This document shows positions 1 through 8,693 of a DNA stretch of 64,000 nt, one piece after another (within the stretch, counting starts at the first letter, position 1; each line of letters starts with the position of its first letter). Both the position numbers and the translations under genes were made by a program. A model generated the notes under the pieces. The model saw only the letters and a program-made list of their open reading frames with translations, was not told where the DNA came from and ran no database searches. Source of the stretch: a phage; the sequence record PZ026127.1, one strand, 5' to 3'.

Positions 1-263
1 AGATTGGATTCACAGCATACGATCCTGCGTTCCTGAAAGACCTAGGTGAGTTCAAATATTCAAGCAATAAGAATCTACATCTGTTCTTATATACAGTGCC
101 TGTGGAACACGAGCAGTTCAAGGATTGCAAATGTACGGCTTACCATACGTTCCCTGATGGTCGTACTATTCCTGAATTCGATGCGTTCGCTTTGATTAAA
201 CGTCCGCAATGGGAATATGTCATGGGCCAGTCGATGTTTAAGGTTTTAGATTCACTCTTTTGA
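1..263 (+). CDS. 3' end of upstream gene (partial, unknown function)
   Basis: Open frame running to TGA at 261-263; directly precedes the late promoter of the lysozyme gene. Confidence 0.35.
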   Translation, partial: IGFTAYDPAFLKDLGEFKYSSNKNLHLFLYTVPVEHEQFKDCKCTAYHTFPDGRTIPEFDAFALIKRPQWEYVMGQSMFKVLDSLF

Positions 264-290
264 TATAAATACCTCCTATACTCAGGAGGT
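264..290 (+). promoter_or_regulatory. T4-type late promoter plus SD-sequestering hairpin upstream of lysozyme gene
   Basis: TATAAATA at 264-271; inverted repeat ACCTCCT (271-277) / AGGAGGT (284-290) contains the SD; ATG at 294. Matches the known T4 gene e arrangement. Confidence 0.5.
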
Positions 291-293
291 ATT

Positions 294-782
294 ATGGATA
301 TTTTTGATATGTTACGTCAAGACGAAGGTCTTGATTTAAATCTTTATAAAGACACTGAAGGTTATTGGACTATTGGTATTGGCCAATTGATTACTAAGAA
401 CCCATCTAAAGACGTTGCTCGCGCTGAACTTGATAAGCTTATGGGTCGAGTTTGTAATGGTCGTATTACTATGGCTGAAGCCGAACAACTCTTTAACCGG
501 TCGGTTGAAAATGCTCGTAGAGCTATTCTGCGTAATCCTAAATTGAAACCTGTTTATGATGTATTGGACGAAGTTCGTCGTTGTGCTTTAATTAACATGG
601 TCTTCCAAATGGGTGAAGCAGGTGTAGCAGGGTTCACTAACTCTTTACGTATGCTCCAACAGAAACGTTGGGACGATGCGGCAGTTAACCTGGCTCAATC
701 CCGTTGGTATAAACAAACTCCAAATCGTGCTAAGCGCGTGATTTCAACATTTAAAACCGGCACATGGGCTGCTTATAGATAA
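294..782 (+). CDS. e: Phage lysozyme (T4 endolysin e family)
   Basis: 162 aa; close match to T4 lysozyme along its length (LRx[17 protein letters not shown], [32 protein letters not shown], TPNRAKRVI). Confidence 0.95.
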   Translation: MDIFDMLRQDEGLDLNLYKDTEGYWTIGIGQLITKNPSKDVARAELDKLMGRVCNGRITMAEAEQLFNRSVENARRAILRNPKLKPVYDVLDEVRRCALINMVFQMGEAGVAGFTNSLRMLQQKRWDDAAVNLAQSRWYKQTPNRAKRVISTFKTGTWAAYR

Positions 783-869
783 AAGCAGTTTACATCTCCT
801 AGAATTGTGATAGTATATCTACAGTTACTTGAACAGACCAATTAAAATATTTACCTTTAAGGAACCCGT

Positions 870-1466
870 ATGAAAACGTATAAAGAATTTATCGCCGAAG
901 CTTCTGTAGGAAAGGTCCAAGGCATTAATAAAGATGAGTGGACTTACAAAGGAAACGGCGTTGACAACCCAGGAAACGGTTTTGACGCTAAAACAGCTCC
1001 TATTGAACGGTATTTAGCTACAAAGGCTTCCGACTTTAAAGCTTTCGCCTGGGAAGGACTTCGCTGGCGTAACGACCTAAATATTGAAGCTGATGGACTT
1101 AAATTTGCCCATATCCAAGATGTTGTTGCTAGTAACTTGGACGCAGCTTTTGTTAAAGCTGACGGTGACCTTCGTCGCTGGAATTTAAAACTGTTCTCTA
1201 AACAGAAAGGTCCTGTATTTGTACCTAAAGCAGGTAAATGGACTATTGATAATAAATTGGCTAAGGCGGTCAACTTCGCCGGTCTTGAATTTGCCAAGCA
1301 TAAATCCGCATGGAAAGGTCTTGATGCAATGACTTTCCGTAAAGAATTTGCCGATGTTATGGTTAAAGGCGGCTTTAAGGCAGAGATAGATACCTCTAAA
1401 GGTACGTTTAAAGACGCTAATATTCAGTACGCTTACGCCGTTGCTAATGCAGCCCGTGGTAATTAA
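870..1466 (+). CDS. Internal protein with capsid targeting sequence (IpIII-like)
   Basis: N-terminus MKTYKEFIAEA matches the T4 internal-protein capsid targeting sequence; 198 aa; adjacent to e as in T4. Confidence 0.6.
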   Translation: MKTYKEFIAEASVGKVQGINKDEWTYKGNGVDNPGNGFDAKTAPIERYLATKASDFKAFAWEGLRWRNDLNIEADGLKFAHIQDVVASNLDAAFVKADGDLRRWNLKLFSKQKGPVFVPKAGKWTIDNKLAKAVNFAGLEFAKHKSAWKGLDAMTFRKEFADVMVKGGFKAEIDTSKGTFKDANIQYAYAVANAARGN

Positions 1467-1491
1467 TAAAGCTGATACTTGATAAAAAGCA

Positions 1492-1542
1492 GTTTACATC
1501 TCCTGTAGTCATGATACTATAGACCTATCAACTACAGGAGAT
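1492..1542 (+). promoter_or_regulatory. Early promoter / stem-loop cassette (PeSL-like) upstream of denV
   Basis: GTTTAC 1492-1497, 17-nt spacer, TGaTACTAT 1512-1520, conserved AGACCTATCAAC; perfect 11-bp inverted repeat ATCTCCTGTAG (1498-1508) / CTACAGGAGAT (1532-1542) enclosing the -10 and SD. Confidence 0.6.
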
Positions 1543-1548
1543 TAAAAA

Positions 1549-1956
1549 ATGACTCGTATCAACCTTACCTTAGTATCTGAATTGGCTGACCAACACTTAA
1601 TGGCTGAATACCGTGAACTCCCACGGATTTTTGGTGCGGTTCGCGAACGTATTGCCAAAGGGCAAGGCTTCTCTGATATCCCTAAAGACTTCCGCCTTGG
1701 TGCAGGGCACGTCAAGTTCTTTTATGACAAAATTGGATTTTTGTTCTTGCGACAAAATGCAATAATTGAGGAACTTCTGAAGCGTGGTTACCAGATTCAA
1801 AATACCCATGTAGACGTAGCGGATATTCCATTACGGCTCATGAACGATTTCACCCCATCCGAAGCTGATATAGCTTTAAGCCAAGCTCGTCTGGACGAAA
1901 AAATTGCACAGCGTCCTACCTGGTACAAACATTACGGCAAGGCTATTTACGCTTAA
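1549..1956 (+). CDS. denV: Endonuclease V (pyrimidine dimer DNA glycosylase)
   Basis: 135 aa; strong match to T4 DenV ([26 protein letters not shown], GAGHVxFFYDK, [25 protein letters not shown]). Confidence 0.92.
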   Translation: MTRINLTLVSELADQHLMAEYRELPRIFGAVRERIAKGQGFSDIPKDFRLGAGHVKFFYDKIGFLFLRQNAIIEELLKRGYQIQNTHVDVADIPLRLMNDFTPSEADIALSQARLDEKIAQRPTWYKHYGKAIYA

Positions 1957-1998
1957 TTAAATCCGTGATAGAATATTTCTATCAACTTAAGGAATAAT

Positions 1999-2358
1999 AT
2001 GAAAACTTACCAACAATTTATTACTGAATCTACTCAGCGCATTAACGAAGCTATGTCTCCTGAACAATTGGCTAAGGCTAAAGAAGGGCTGAACCCATCT
2101 GAAGTTTTTAAAGTTACAGGTAAAGACTTTGCTTCCATGGCCACTAACCAAAGTCTGGCTAAAGAACTTAAATCTAAATCTAACTTCATTCATGCTACAT
2201 GGAATGGTGATTCTCTTACTTCAATAAGCGTGTACAATAAAAAAGGTCTCCTTAAGAGCTCTTATGGCGCTGATGCCATCCGTGTTTCTAAATCAGATTG
2301 GCATAAAAACACTACTAAAGCAGAAAAACCTCATAACCCAGCCCTTGACCATCTTTAA
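1999..2358 (+). CDS. Internal protein with capsid targeting sequence
   Basis: N-terminus MKTYQQFITEST; 119 aa; no other recognisable domain. Confidence 0.55.
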   Translation: MKTYQQFITESTQRINEAMSPEQLAKAKEGLNPSEVFKVTGKDFASMATNQSLAKELKSKSNFIHATWNGDSLTSISVYNKKGLLKSSYGADAIRVSKSDWHKNTTKAEKPHNPALDHL

Positions 2359-2366
2359 GGAATAAT

Positions 2367-2624
2367 ATGAAAACTTATCAAGAATTTATTACAGAATCCA
2401 CTTTAGTTTCTAAACGTTGGAATATGATTGTAAACGTTAAACCTTCCGGCACTGAAGTTTCTATGGCCGACCCTAATGATGACGAACTTGAGCACGCTTT
2501 TAGCTCTAAAGAAACTGACGAGAAAGTGGTTAAGCAACTGGTTGCTGATGCAGACCAACTTCGTAAAGTAGCAGATGTTGTTAAGCTGTTTACTAAGAAA
2601 GGTTTTAAACACGAAGAACGTTAA
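2367..2624 (+). CDS. Internal protein with capsid targeting sequence
   Basis: N-terminus MKTYQEFITEST, near-identical to the preceding ORF's N-terminus; 85 aa, acidic. Confidence 0.55.
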   Translation: MKTYQEFITESTLVSKRWNMIVNVKPSGTEVSMADPNDDELEHAFSSKETDEKVVKQLVADADQLRKVADVVKLFTKKGFKHEER

Positions 2625-2773
2625 TTAGCATTTTAAATGGGAGCAACCTGGACCTCACAATTCTGTGAGGGACTCCCGCCAACCTGTAATAAGGTCGAGC
2701 CCAAGTGCGGTAATGGGTAAATGCAGAAAGGGACGAATTAATGTGCCAAGGAACGGCCCTCAAAGGAAATACT

Positions 2774-3301
2774 ATGAAATTTTTAACTCCCATTTATCTA
2801 ACCTTAATGCACGCCTTCGCTGAACGCGCCATTGAACGTTTAGACTCAGACCAATATACCTGGTATGAACCTGCTTCAAGAATGCAAGAGTTTGGTACTC
2901 TTCGACTTGATGGCGGACGCCAAACAGGTAAAACAAGTGCCCTTGCTCAGTTCGCCGCTGATTGGGTTTCCAAGGGTAATGATGTGATTGTTATGTCGAG
3001 TTCTTCGCATCGCTCGCGAGAAATTTGTAATGTAATAAAACAGGTTTCTAAGGCACACCCACATCTCCAAGTCGAAGGTCCTGGTTTTGTTGTCTATGAT
3101 ACTGTGCGCAGTTTCCTTGATGAAGACAATTTCCATAAGTATCGTGGACTATCTGTTACTCGATTATTGATTATTATCGAAGAGCCAATGCGCCTTCCAG
3201 CGATGGATAAGTTCTATGAAGCTTACCAGGTAATGATTAATAAATTTATGTGCCAAGGCGACAAGCCTTTGCCTCTGTTCTTTGTGATAGGAATGCAATG
3301 A
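2774..3301 (+). CDS. Hypothetical P-loop NTPase
   Basis: Walker A-like GGRQTGKTS and Walker B-like LLIIIEEP; start moved to ATG 2774 (SD AAAGGAAA upstream). Confidence 0.4.
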   Translation: MKFLTPIYLTLMHAFAERAIERLDSDQYTWYEPASRMQEFGTLRLDGGRQTGKTSALAQFAADWVSKGNDVIVMSSSSHRSREICNVIKQVSKAHPHLQVEGPGFVVYDTVRSFLDEDNFHKYRGLSVTRLLIIIEEPMRLPAMDKFYEAYQVMINKFMCQGDKPLPLFFVIGMQ

Positions 3302-3594
3302 TGACTGATGAAGAACTTTTTGAGTTCTGTTATTTCTCACGTAAGGTTCGAAGAGAGGACCTTACTGCAAATTTCGAATATGCTTATTTCTACCCATTGG
3401 AATATGTATTCATGACAGGGCCCTTTAAGGGCCCTCGTTTTAGATGTCATGCCCCAAGCATCCGATTAATGAAACAGGTTCCTTACTTCACCCTCGAGTT
3501 CATCTCAGGGCCTTGTAAGGGTATTATTACTCGCAGTCTCTTAACTTATGACCAAGAGATTCATATGATTTCTGATTGGAAAAAATATGTCTAA
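3298..3594 (+). CDS. Hypothetical protein
   Basis: ORF with ATGA start/stop overlap with upstream gene; unknown function. Confidence 0.35.
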   Translation: MMTDEELFEFCYFSRKVRREDLTANFEYAYFYPLEYVFMTGPFKGPRFRCHAPSIRLMKQVPYFTLEFISGPCKGIITRSLLTYDQEIHMISDWKKYV

Positions 3595-3805
3595 ATTGAC
3601 AATTGAAGGTTCTGAAGAAGCTCTGAAAAGATTTGTTGAATGGCTTAATGGACCAGGTGAACAAGACTTTCTGGAAGTCTGGGATGGCGGTCGGTGGAAT
3701 GGTAAAGAAATGATTTACCCGACTACCTATATCTCCGTGCAAGGTTGGACTGAAGGCCTTCGTTTGGTAGAATATGATATCGCAACTGGCGAGGAAGTGA
3801 AATGA
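3587..3805 (+). CDS. Hypothetical protein
   Basis: 72-aa ORF, overlapping start/stop with neighbours. Confidence 0.4.
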   Translation: MSKLTIEGSEEALKRFVEWLNGPGEQDFLEVWDGGRWNGKEMIYPTTYISVQGWTEGLRLVEYDIATGEEVK

Positions 3806-4080
3806 TTGAAGATATCAAGGGTTACAAACCACATACCGACGATAAAATCGGTAAAGTGAATGCTATTAAAGATGCCGAAATTCGGTTAGGGCTGATGTTT
3901 AAAGCTCTAGAAGAAGAACATGTTACCTATTATATGAACTTAGATACCGAAGAGGTTTCTGAACAAGAACTAGACCAGGCTCATGAACGCATTACCCAGA
4001 TTCGTAATGCAATTGACCGTCTGAAAGAAGCAAGCATGTGGGCGTGTCGTTCCGTTTTCCAACCCGAGGAAAAATACTGA
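3802..4080 (+). CDS. Hypothetical protein
   Basis: 92-aa ORF, ATGA overlap with upstream ORF. Confidence 0.4.
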   Translation: MIEDIKGYKPHTDDKIGKVNAIKDAEIRLGLMFKALEEEHVTYYMNLDTEEVSEQELDQAHERITQIRNAIDRLKEASMWACRSVFQPEEKY

Positions 4081-4289
4081 TGAAAATTGAAAGTTTACAA
4101 GATTTCCAGCGTATCATCGGTGAAGCCTGTACTGGCTACCACAAATACTTGCTTGACGACCAAATGGCTTGTCTCGAAGAAGGTGAAGTACAGTATGCAG
4201 CCCAACGCCTTGAACAAGTGAAAGAGTTTTACCCTGTACTGGTAGAAATTTGTTCAGCTGCTGGAAAACTTACCCCATTCCAAGAATAA
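4080..4289 (+). CDS. Hypothetical protein
   Basis: Start at ATG 4080 overlapping upstream stop; 69 aa. Confidence 0.4.
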   Translation: MKIESLQDFQRIIGEACTGYHKYLLDDQMACLEEGEVQYAAQRLEQVKEFYPVLVEICSAAGKLTPFQE

Positions 4290-4293
4290 AGCA

Positions 4294-4344
4294 GTTTACA
4301 TCTCCTGTAGACGTGGTACTATAGACCTATCAACTACAGGAGAT
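4294..4344 (+). promoter_or_regulatory. Early promoter / stem-loop cassette (PeSL-like)
   Basis: GTTTAC 4294-4299; TGgTACTAT 4314-4322; inverted repeat ATCTCCTGTAG (4300-4310) / CTACAGGAGAT (4334-4344); ATG 4351. Confidence 0.6.
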
Positions 4345-4350
4345 TACAAA

Positions 4351-4809
4351 ATGTCAGAAATTAATTCAGAAGTATTCATCCGCCGCAATAAATTACGTCG
4401 TCAGTTCGAAACCGAATTCCGTGAACTGAATACGTCCATCAAAAAAGCCGCCATCAAGAGCGGAGTCCCAGCCTTCTTTATTAAGTACTCTAATCACTTG
4501 TTGGACCGTGCTATCCAACGTGAAATCGACGAAAAATACGTTTTTGCTTTATTCAAGCAACTCCATAACCATGTTAAAGAAATTCATGAATTTTTAATCC
4601 AGGAACCTCTACCTGATGTAGAATCCGAAATTGTCCCTGGTAAAGTGTATCGTCCATTGCGTCTCGAAATTACCGATAAAACCTTATGGCTAGGTATGAC
4701 AGTAGACCGTAAACATCCTGATAAAGGATATTCCCTTAAATGTCGTATGGCATTTGTTAACTCTAAACGTTTAGAAGGTAAAACCAGCACGAAAGTAATC
4801 TATCTTTAA
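4351..4809 (+). CDS. RegB-like endoribonuclease (tentative)
   Basis: 152 aa; size and position between denV and tk as for T4 regB; sequence resemblance is from memory only. Confidence 0.4.
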   Translation: MSEINSEVFIRRNKLRRQFETEFRELNTSIKKAAIKSGVPAFFIKYSNHLLDRAIQREIDEKYVFALFKQLHNHVKEIHEFLIQEPLPDVESEIVPGKVYRPLRLEITDKTLWLGMTVDRKHPDKGYSLKCRMAFVNSKRLEGKTSTKVIYL

Positions 4810-4821
4810 TAATGAGGTCTC

Positions 4822-5361
4822 ATGAAAAAAGTATTAGCCACTTTACTATTGACAGTTAGTATGTCTGCCCATAGCGTAGAGCCTACTTTCAGTAATGAAC
4901 AACTCGATAATTTACATTATGCGTATGCTTTCGGTGAACAATACCAAAAGTCGGGAAAGTTCAAAGAAACCCCTAATCAAAAAGGATTAGGATATATCAT
5001 GGCCGGATTACTATGGCAGGAATCATCTGCCGGAATTAATCAGGGTTTAAATAAAGATAAGCACCATGCTTATGGCATGTTCCAAAATTACTTGCCTACG
5101 TTAAGAAGTCGTGTTCAACAGGTAGGTTGGAAGATGTCTGACAAAGAAATAATTCGTATGGTCCAAAAACGACAGAACAGTGCCTCTTGGGCCTACATTG
5201 AACTGTCTTATTGGATTGATGTTCACAAAGGTGACCTGAGAAAAGCGATTGCTTCTTATAATGCGGGCTGGAACGCCAAAGCAGGCAGTAAATATGCTTC
5301 TGAAGTTCTAGAAAAGGCCAATTACCTAAAATCTAAAAAGATGTTTGAGGCGGTGTATTAA
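4822..5361 (+). CDS. Secreted lytic transglycosylase-like protein (SLT domain)
   Basis: N-terminal signal peptide; SLT-like motifs WQESS, AYGMFQ, ASYNAGW. Confidence 0.55.
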   Translation: MKKVLATLLLTVSMSAHSVEPTFSNEQLDNLHYAYAFGEQYQKSGKFKETPNQKGLGYIMAGLLWQESSAGINQGLNKDKHHAYGMFQNYLPTLRSRVQQVGWKMSDKEIIRMVQKRQNSASWAYIELSYWIDVHKGDLRKAIASYNAGWNAKAGSKYASEVLEKANYLKSKKMFEAVY

Positions 5362-5718
5362 ATGATTAAGCAGATGACTATAGCGCTTATGTTGATTGCT
5401 CCGGGAGTATTAGCGTCACAAGTTTATGATAGTAATAATTCAATTGTCGAGTATGCTACCCGTACAGCAAAAGATTATTGTCATCCGAGTAATACTGAAT
5501 GCATTATCGAATTCAGTTCAAAAATCACAGCTGCTTTTAAAGATGGCCAGAACGACGTAGAGCATCGCCGAATGAAAGAGAAAACTCTTTCTAAAAGATA
5601 CGAGCAACGTCTAAACGTTACTGAATGTATTCCATCTGATAAAAAGTACAAAGAAATGTGCGCGTCTATGGTAGACAGACTCGTTGACTCATACAACCGA
5701 GGATTAAACTCTAAATGA
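5362..5718 (+). CDS. Hypothetical secreted protein
   Basis: N-terminal signal peptide MIKQMTIALMLIAPGVLAS; 118 aa with 4 Cys. Confidence 0.4.
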   Translation: MIKQMTIALMLIAPGVLASQVYDSNNSIVEYATRTAKDYCHPSNTECIIEFSSKITAAFKDGQNDVEHRRMKEKTLSKRYEQRLNVTECIPSDKKYKEMCASMVDRLVDSYNRGLNSK

Positions 5719-6182
5719 TTATTGATTATATTAAGGGCGATATCGTCGCCCTGTTTCTTCAAGGTAATAATGTTGCACACGGGTGCAACTGTTTCCACAC
5801 AATGGGTTCAGGTGTAGCTGGGCAATTGGCTAAGGCTTATCCGCCTATTCTCGCTATTGATAAAACAACTTGTTTAGGTGATTTGGCAAAACTTGGTACG
5901 TTTACTCAAGCTACAGGTAATAAGGGTCAAATTTGCTATAATTTATACACCCAATACGAACCGGGCCCTAATCTTGATTACGGTGCTTTAGTAAACTGTA
6001 TGATAGAATTAAACCGTACCGCAAAGGGTCTTTTGTTTAAACCAAGAATTTATATCCCTCGCATCGGTTGTGGTATTGCTGGTGGTGATTGGGACAAGGT
6101 TTATCAATTGATTAATTTGTTTACTCCTGATATTAATTTAGTGGTGGTAGATTATGAAAGCCCATTACCCACATCCGTTTGA
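5715..6182 (+). CDS. Macro-domain protein (putative ADP-ribose binding/hydrolase)
   Basis: GDIV...NNVAHGCNCFHTMGSGVAGQLAKA resembles the macro-domain N-terminal motif (GDIT...VNAAN...GGGVxxAIxxA); C-terminal IGCGIAGGDW. Confidence 0.5.
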   Translation: MIIDYIKGDIVALFLQGNNVAHGCNCFHTMGSGVAGQLAKAYPPILAIDKTTCLGDLAKLGTFTQATGNKGQICYNLYTQYEPGPNLDYGALVNCMIELNRTAKGLLFKPRIYIPRIGCGIAGGDWDKVYQLINLFTPDINLVVVDYESPLPTSV

Positions 6183-6366
6183 CCCTAAAAACAAAGCGGA
6201 AATTATTCGACGCTGGACCGAAACCCGAGTAACTAAATGCCCTATAAAAAGTCAACACAACACCGATAAATGGTATATTGGCGAATATGTTGAATATACT
6301 TTTATAGATAAAAATAAACGTAAACAGCATGTAGAAGAATATTGCTTAAAGGTGCAATGGTTATGA
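6154..6366 (+). CDS. Hypothetical protein
   Basis: 70-aa basic ORF overlapping 3' end of the upstream gene. Confidence 0.3.
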   Translation: MKAHYPHPFDPKNKAEIIRRWTETRVTKCPIKSQHNTDKWYIGEYVEYTFIDKNKRKQHVEEYCLKVQWL

Positions 6367-6548
6367 GTCTGAGTAAAGAACAGAAAGATAAATTGTTTGA
6401 GCTTATCCATGAACTTCTAGATGAGCATGCAGAAGCAAATTCTTTTTATGATGAATATGGCCCTATAGATGCCGAACACCTGGAAGAATTTGCCAATCGA
6501 TTTGATGAGAAAGAAAATGAATTAATAGCTTATGTAAATAGTCTTTAA
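6363..6548 (+). CDS. Hypothetical acidic protein
   Basis: Start at ATG 6363 (ATGA overlap); 61 aa. Confidence 0.35.
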   Translation: MSLSKEQKDKLFELIHELLDEHAEANSFYDEYGPIDAEHLEEFANRFDEKENELIAYVNSL

Positions 6549-6557
6549 GAAGGTATT

Positions 6558-7130
6558 ATGGCCCAACTTTATTTTCACTACGCAGCAATGAATTCCGGGA
6601 AGACCGCTTCATTGCTAACAGCCGCTCATAACTACAAAGAACGTGGTATGGGCGTACTCCTTTTAAAGCCTGCGATAGACAATAGAGAATCAAGCCATAG
6701 CATTTCGTCTCGTATAGGGATTAGCCAAGAGGCTAATGCAGTGACTCCGGATATGGACCTATACGAGTTCTATCGTTGGGCTGAATCTCAAAAAGATATC
6801 CACTGTGTGTTTGTGGATGAAGCGCAGTTCTTAGAACCTGTACAGATAAAACAACTGGCAAAGATAGTAGACAATTATAATGTTCCAGTTATGTGCTATG
6901 GACTAAGAACTGATTTTCAGGGTAAACTGTTTCCTGGCTCTGCTGAATTACTCGCTACAGCAGATAAACTCGTTGAGTACAAAGGTGTGTGCCATTGTGG
7001 CCGTAAAGCTACTATGACTGCTAGGGTCCAGGATGGTATCGCAATTAAGGACGGCGCCCAAGTTTCTATAGGTGGCAACGATTCTTACGTGTCATTGTGC
7101 AGGAAGCACTGGATAGAAATAACGAGTTGA
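6558..7130 (+). CDS. tk: Thymidine kinase
   Basis: 190 aa; P-loop MNSGKT, C-terminal zinc-ribbon Cys pairs (CHCGRKA...LCRKHW); typical TK architecture and T4 position. Confidence 0.9.
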   Translation: MAQLYFHYAAMNSGKTASLLTAAHNYKERGMGVLLLKPAIDNRESSHSISSRIGISQEANAVTPDMDLYEFYRWAESQKDIHCVFVDEAQFLEPVQIKQLAKIVDNYNVPVMCYGLRTDFQGKLFPGSAELLATADKLVEYKGVCHCGRKATMTARVQDGIAIKDGAQVSIGGNDSYVSLCRKHWIEITS

Positions 7131-7137
7131 GGGTATT

Positions 7138-7416
7138 ATGGACCTAAATTCAAAGATTTTAATTCTAGCGTTCGCTGTGGCTATTTCTTATATTGTTCTT
7201 TCGCCTATCATGGATGATGTGGCTTACAAAAGAGAGATAGAGGTTGTAGCAGCGACGTATAATGCTAATAATAAAGAGTGTCCTAATAAAAACGGGATGG
7301 ATTTAATTAAAGCGCATTATATGCTTTCCATTACCTCGCCTATACAGAGGAATTGGGTTGAATATAATTTTAACGACGTGTTCTATTCTTATTGTCGTAA
7401 GCTTAAAAAGCTATAA
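7138..7416 (+). CDS. Hypothetical membrane protein
   Basis: N-terminal hydrophobic helix; 92 aa. Confidence 0.4.
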   Translation: MDLNSKILILAFAVAISYIVLSPIMDDVAYKREIEVVAATYNANNKECPNKNGMDLIKAHYMLSITSPIQRNWVEYNFNDVFYSYCRKLKKL

Positions 7417-7420
7417 ATAA
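7413..7420 (+). promoter_or_regulatory. Possible late promoter (TATAAATA)
   Basis: Exact TATAAATA in intergenic region. Confidence 0.3.
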
Positions 7421-7508
7421 TAATACTAACCGTAGAGCTTTAGCTTTTGGTAATCGCTATCGGTTAAGGCCGAAAGGCAAATAGTATAAAACAACAAAGG
7501 ACTTTTGT

Positions 7509-7802
7509 ATGGATATTTTCCGTACAGCGGCTTGTATCCTTATGGCGGGATGTTTAAGCCCTACAGTTTCACTAGCAAATGGTGCCAATGATAAATTGAT
7601 GGATGCATTTGCTAGTAGTGCGATGCCTGTTTATGCGCAAATGAGTAGACCCAGCGTAAAGGCCTCCGAAGACTATTGGGCCTATGTTACGGCTTCCTGG
7701 AAGATTTCAAGTTGTCGGACTATAGAAGCGTGCTCAATTGAAGGTCGGGCCATCGGAGAGCGTTATGTAAAACTAATGAAGGTGGAAGATGAAGTTCAAT
7801 GA
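7509..7802 (+). CDS. Hypothetical lipoprotein/secreted protein
   Basis: N-terminal signal-like region with lipobox-like LMAGC. Confidence 0.4.
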   Translation: MDIFRTAACILMAGCLSPTVSLANGANDKLMDAFASSAMPVYAQMSRPSVKASEDYWAYVTASWKISSCRTIEACSIEGRAIGERYVKLMKVEDEVQ

Positions 7803-8172
7803 TTTCGTACCCAGTCGAGGGTCTGAAGTGGATTCTTATATTGGTTGGCTACTGGTTTCTTTAGCCTATTTTAAGTCAGCCCATTTAGAAACCAAAAGCT
7901 ATGCAAGACACAAAGCGTATGACTTCTATTATGTAGAAGTTCAAGGACCACTGGACCAATTTAGTGAGCAATATCTTGGATTCAGTGGCAAAGAATATAA
8001 AGCATCATTACCGTCTGCTTCAGACTTGCCTAAGGACCCGGTAGATTTTCTTGACGAGCTTCTTAAAGCATCTGATAAAATCTATGACACCCTTCCTAAG
8101 GCCATCCAGTCGACTTTGGACGATATCACTGGCGTCTTTTACCAGACTAAGTATTTGCTGACGTTAGAATAA
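7789..8172 (+). CDS. Hypothetical protein
   Basis: 127-aa ORF overlapping upstream stop. Confidence 0.4.
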   Translation: MKFNDFVPSRGSEVDSYIGWLLVSLAYFKSAHLETKSYARHKAYDFYYVEVQGPLDQFSEQYLGFSGKEYKASLPSASDLPKDPVDFLDELLKASDKIYDTLPKAIQSTLDDITGVFYQTKYLLTLE

Positions 8173-8176
8173 TCAA

Positions 8177-8204
8177 AGGTCTCACTTCGGTGGGACCTTT
8201 TTTC
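8177..8204 (+). terminator. Rho-independent terminator (UUCG tetraloop)
   Basis: GGTCTCAC-TTCG-GTGGGACC followed by TTTTTT. Confidence 0.65.
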
Positions 8205-8212
8205 GTTTAGGT

Positions 8213-8263
8213 GTTTACATCCTCTAGGAACATGATACTATAGACCTATCAACTAATGAGGAG
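8213..8263 (+). promoter_or_regulatory. Early promoter / stem-loop cassette (PeSL-like)
   Basis: GTTTAC 8213-8218, TGaTACTAT, TAGACCTATCAAC, partial inverted repeat containing GAGGAG SD; ATG 8270. Confidence 0.55.
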
Positions 8264-8269
8264 AACAGT

Positions 8270-8506
8270 ATGAAACTTACAAGTACTACGGTTTCATTAG
8301 AATATGAAATCAACGGTCGTATCCTTGAGATTAAGATATTCGACGACCGAAGTATCTTCGCTGATTATCGAGGATACAGAATTCGTCTAGAAAAGGACGA
8401 GCTCAAGGAACCATGGCTCCTTAAAGACACATTAAAGGGTTGTGGATGTAAACTGAAGACTACCCAAGCCCAAGAATTAATTTCTACTATCAACAAATAC
8501 TGGTGA
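8270..8506 (+). CDS. Hypothetical protein
   Basis: 78-aa ORF directly downstream of cassette. Confidence 0.45.
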   Translation: MKLTSTTVSLEYEINGRILEIKIFDDRSIFADYRGYRIRLEKDELKEPWLLKDTLKGCGCKLKTTQAQELISTINKYW

Positions 8507-8510
8507 TATT

Positions 8511-8693
8511 ATGTTAACTACTGAACAGATTGAACAAATCCTTAAACTAGCTACTGCTATTGAACGTGATTCTTATGATAGTGCAGTAGAACATTGCGAA
8601 GGCTATTCATATTCCGGAATAGAGCAGTGTAAACGTGATTTGGCTAATTCTAAAGCGGCCTTGGTTGAGTATCTTAATGAGTTGAAAGCATAA
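8511..8693 (+). CDS. Hypothetical protein
   Basis: 60-aa ORF. Confidence 0.35.
   Translation: MLTTEQIEQILKLATAIERDSYDSAVEHCEGYSYSGIEQCKRDLANSKAALVEYLNELKA

Noticed and set aside
944-1297. Minus-strand ORF (117 aa) inside the IpIII-like gene, and the many similar minus-strand ORFs in the track
   Set aside because: They lie antisense within well-supported plus-strand genes, lack SDs and show low-complexity composition; only the minus-strand ORF at 45029-45229 has its own strong SD and intergenic location.
2625-2773. Possible tRNA gene near e, as in T4
   Set aside because: No acceptor stem/T-arm (GGTTCGAxTCC-type) arrangement could be folded by eye; kept only as an unexplained structured region.
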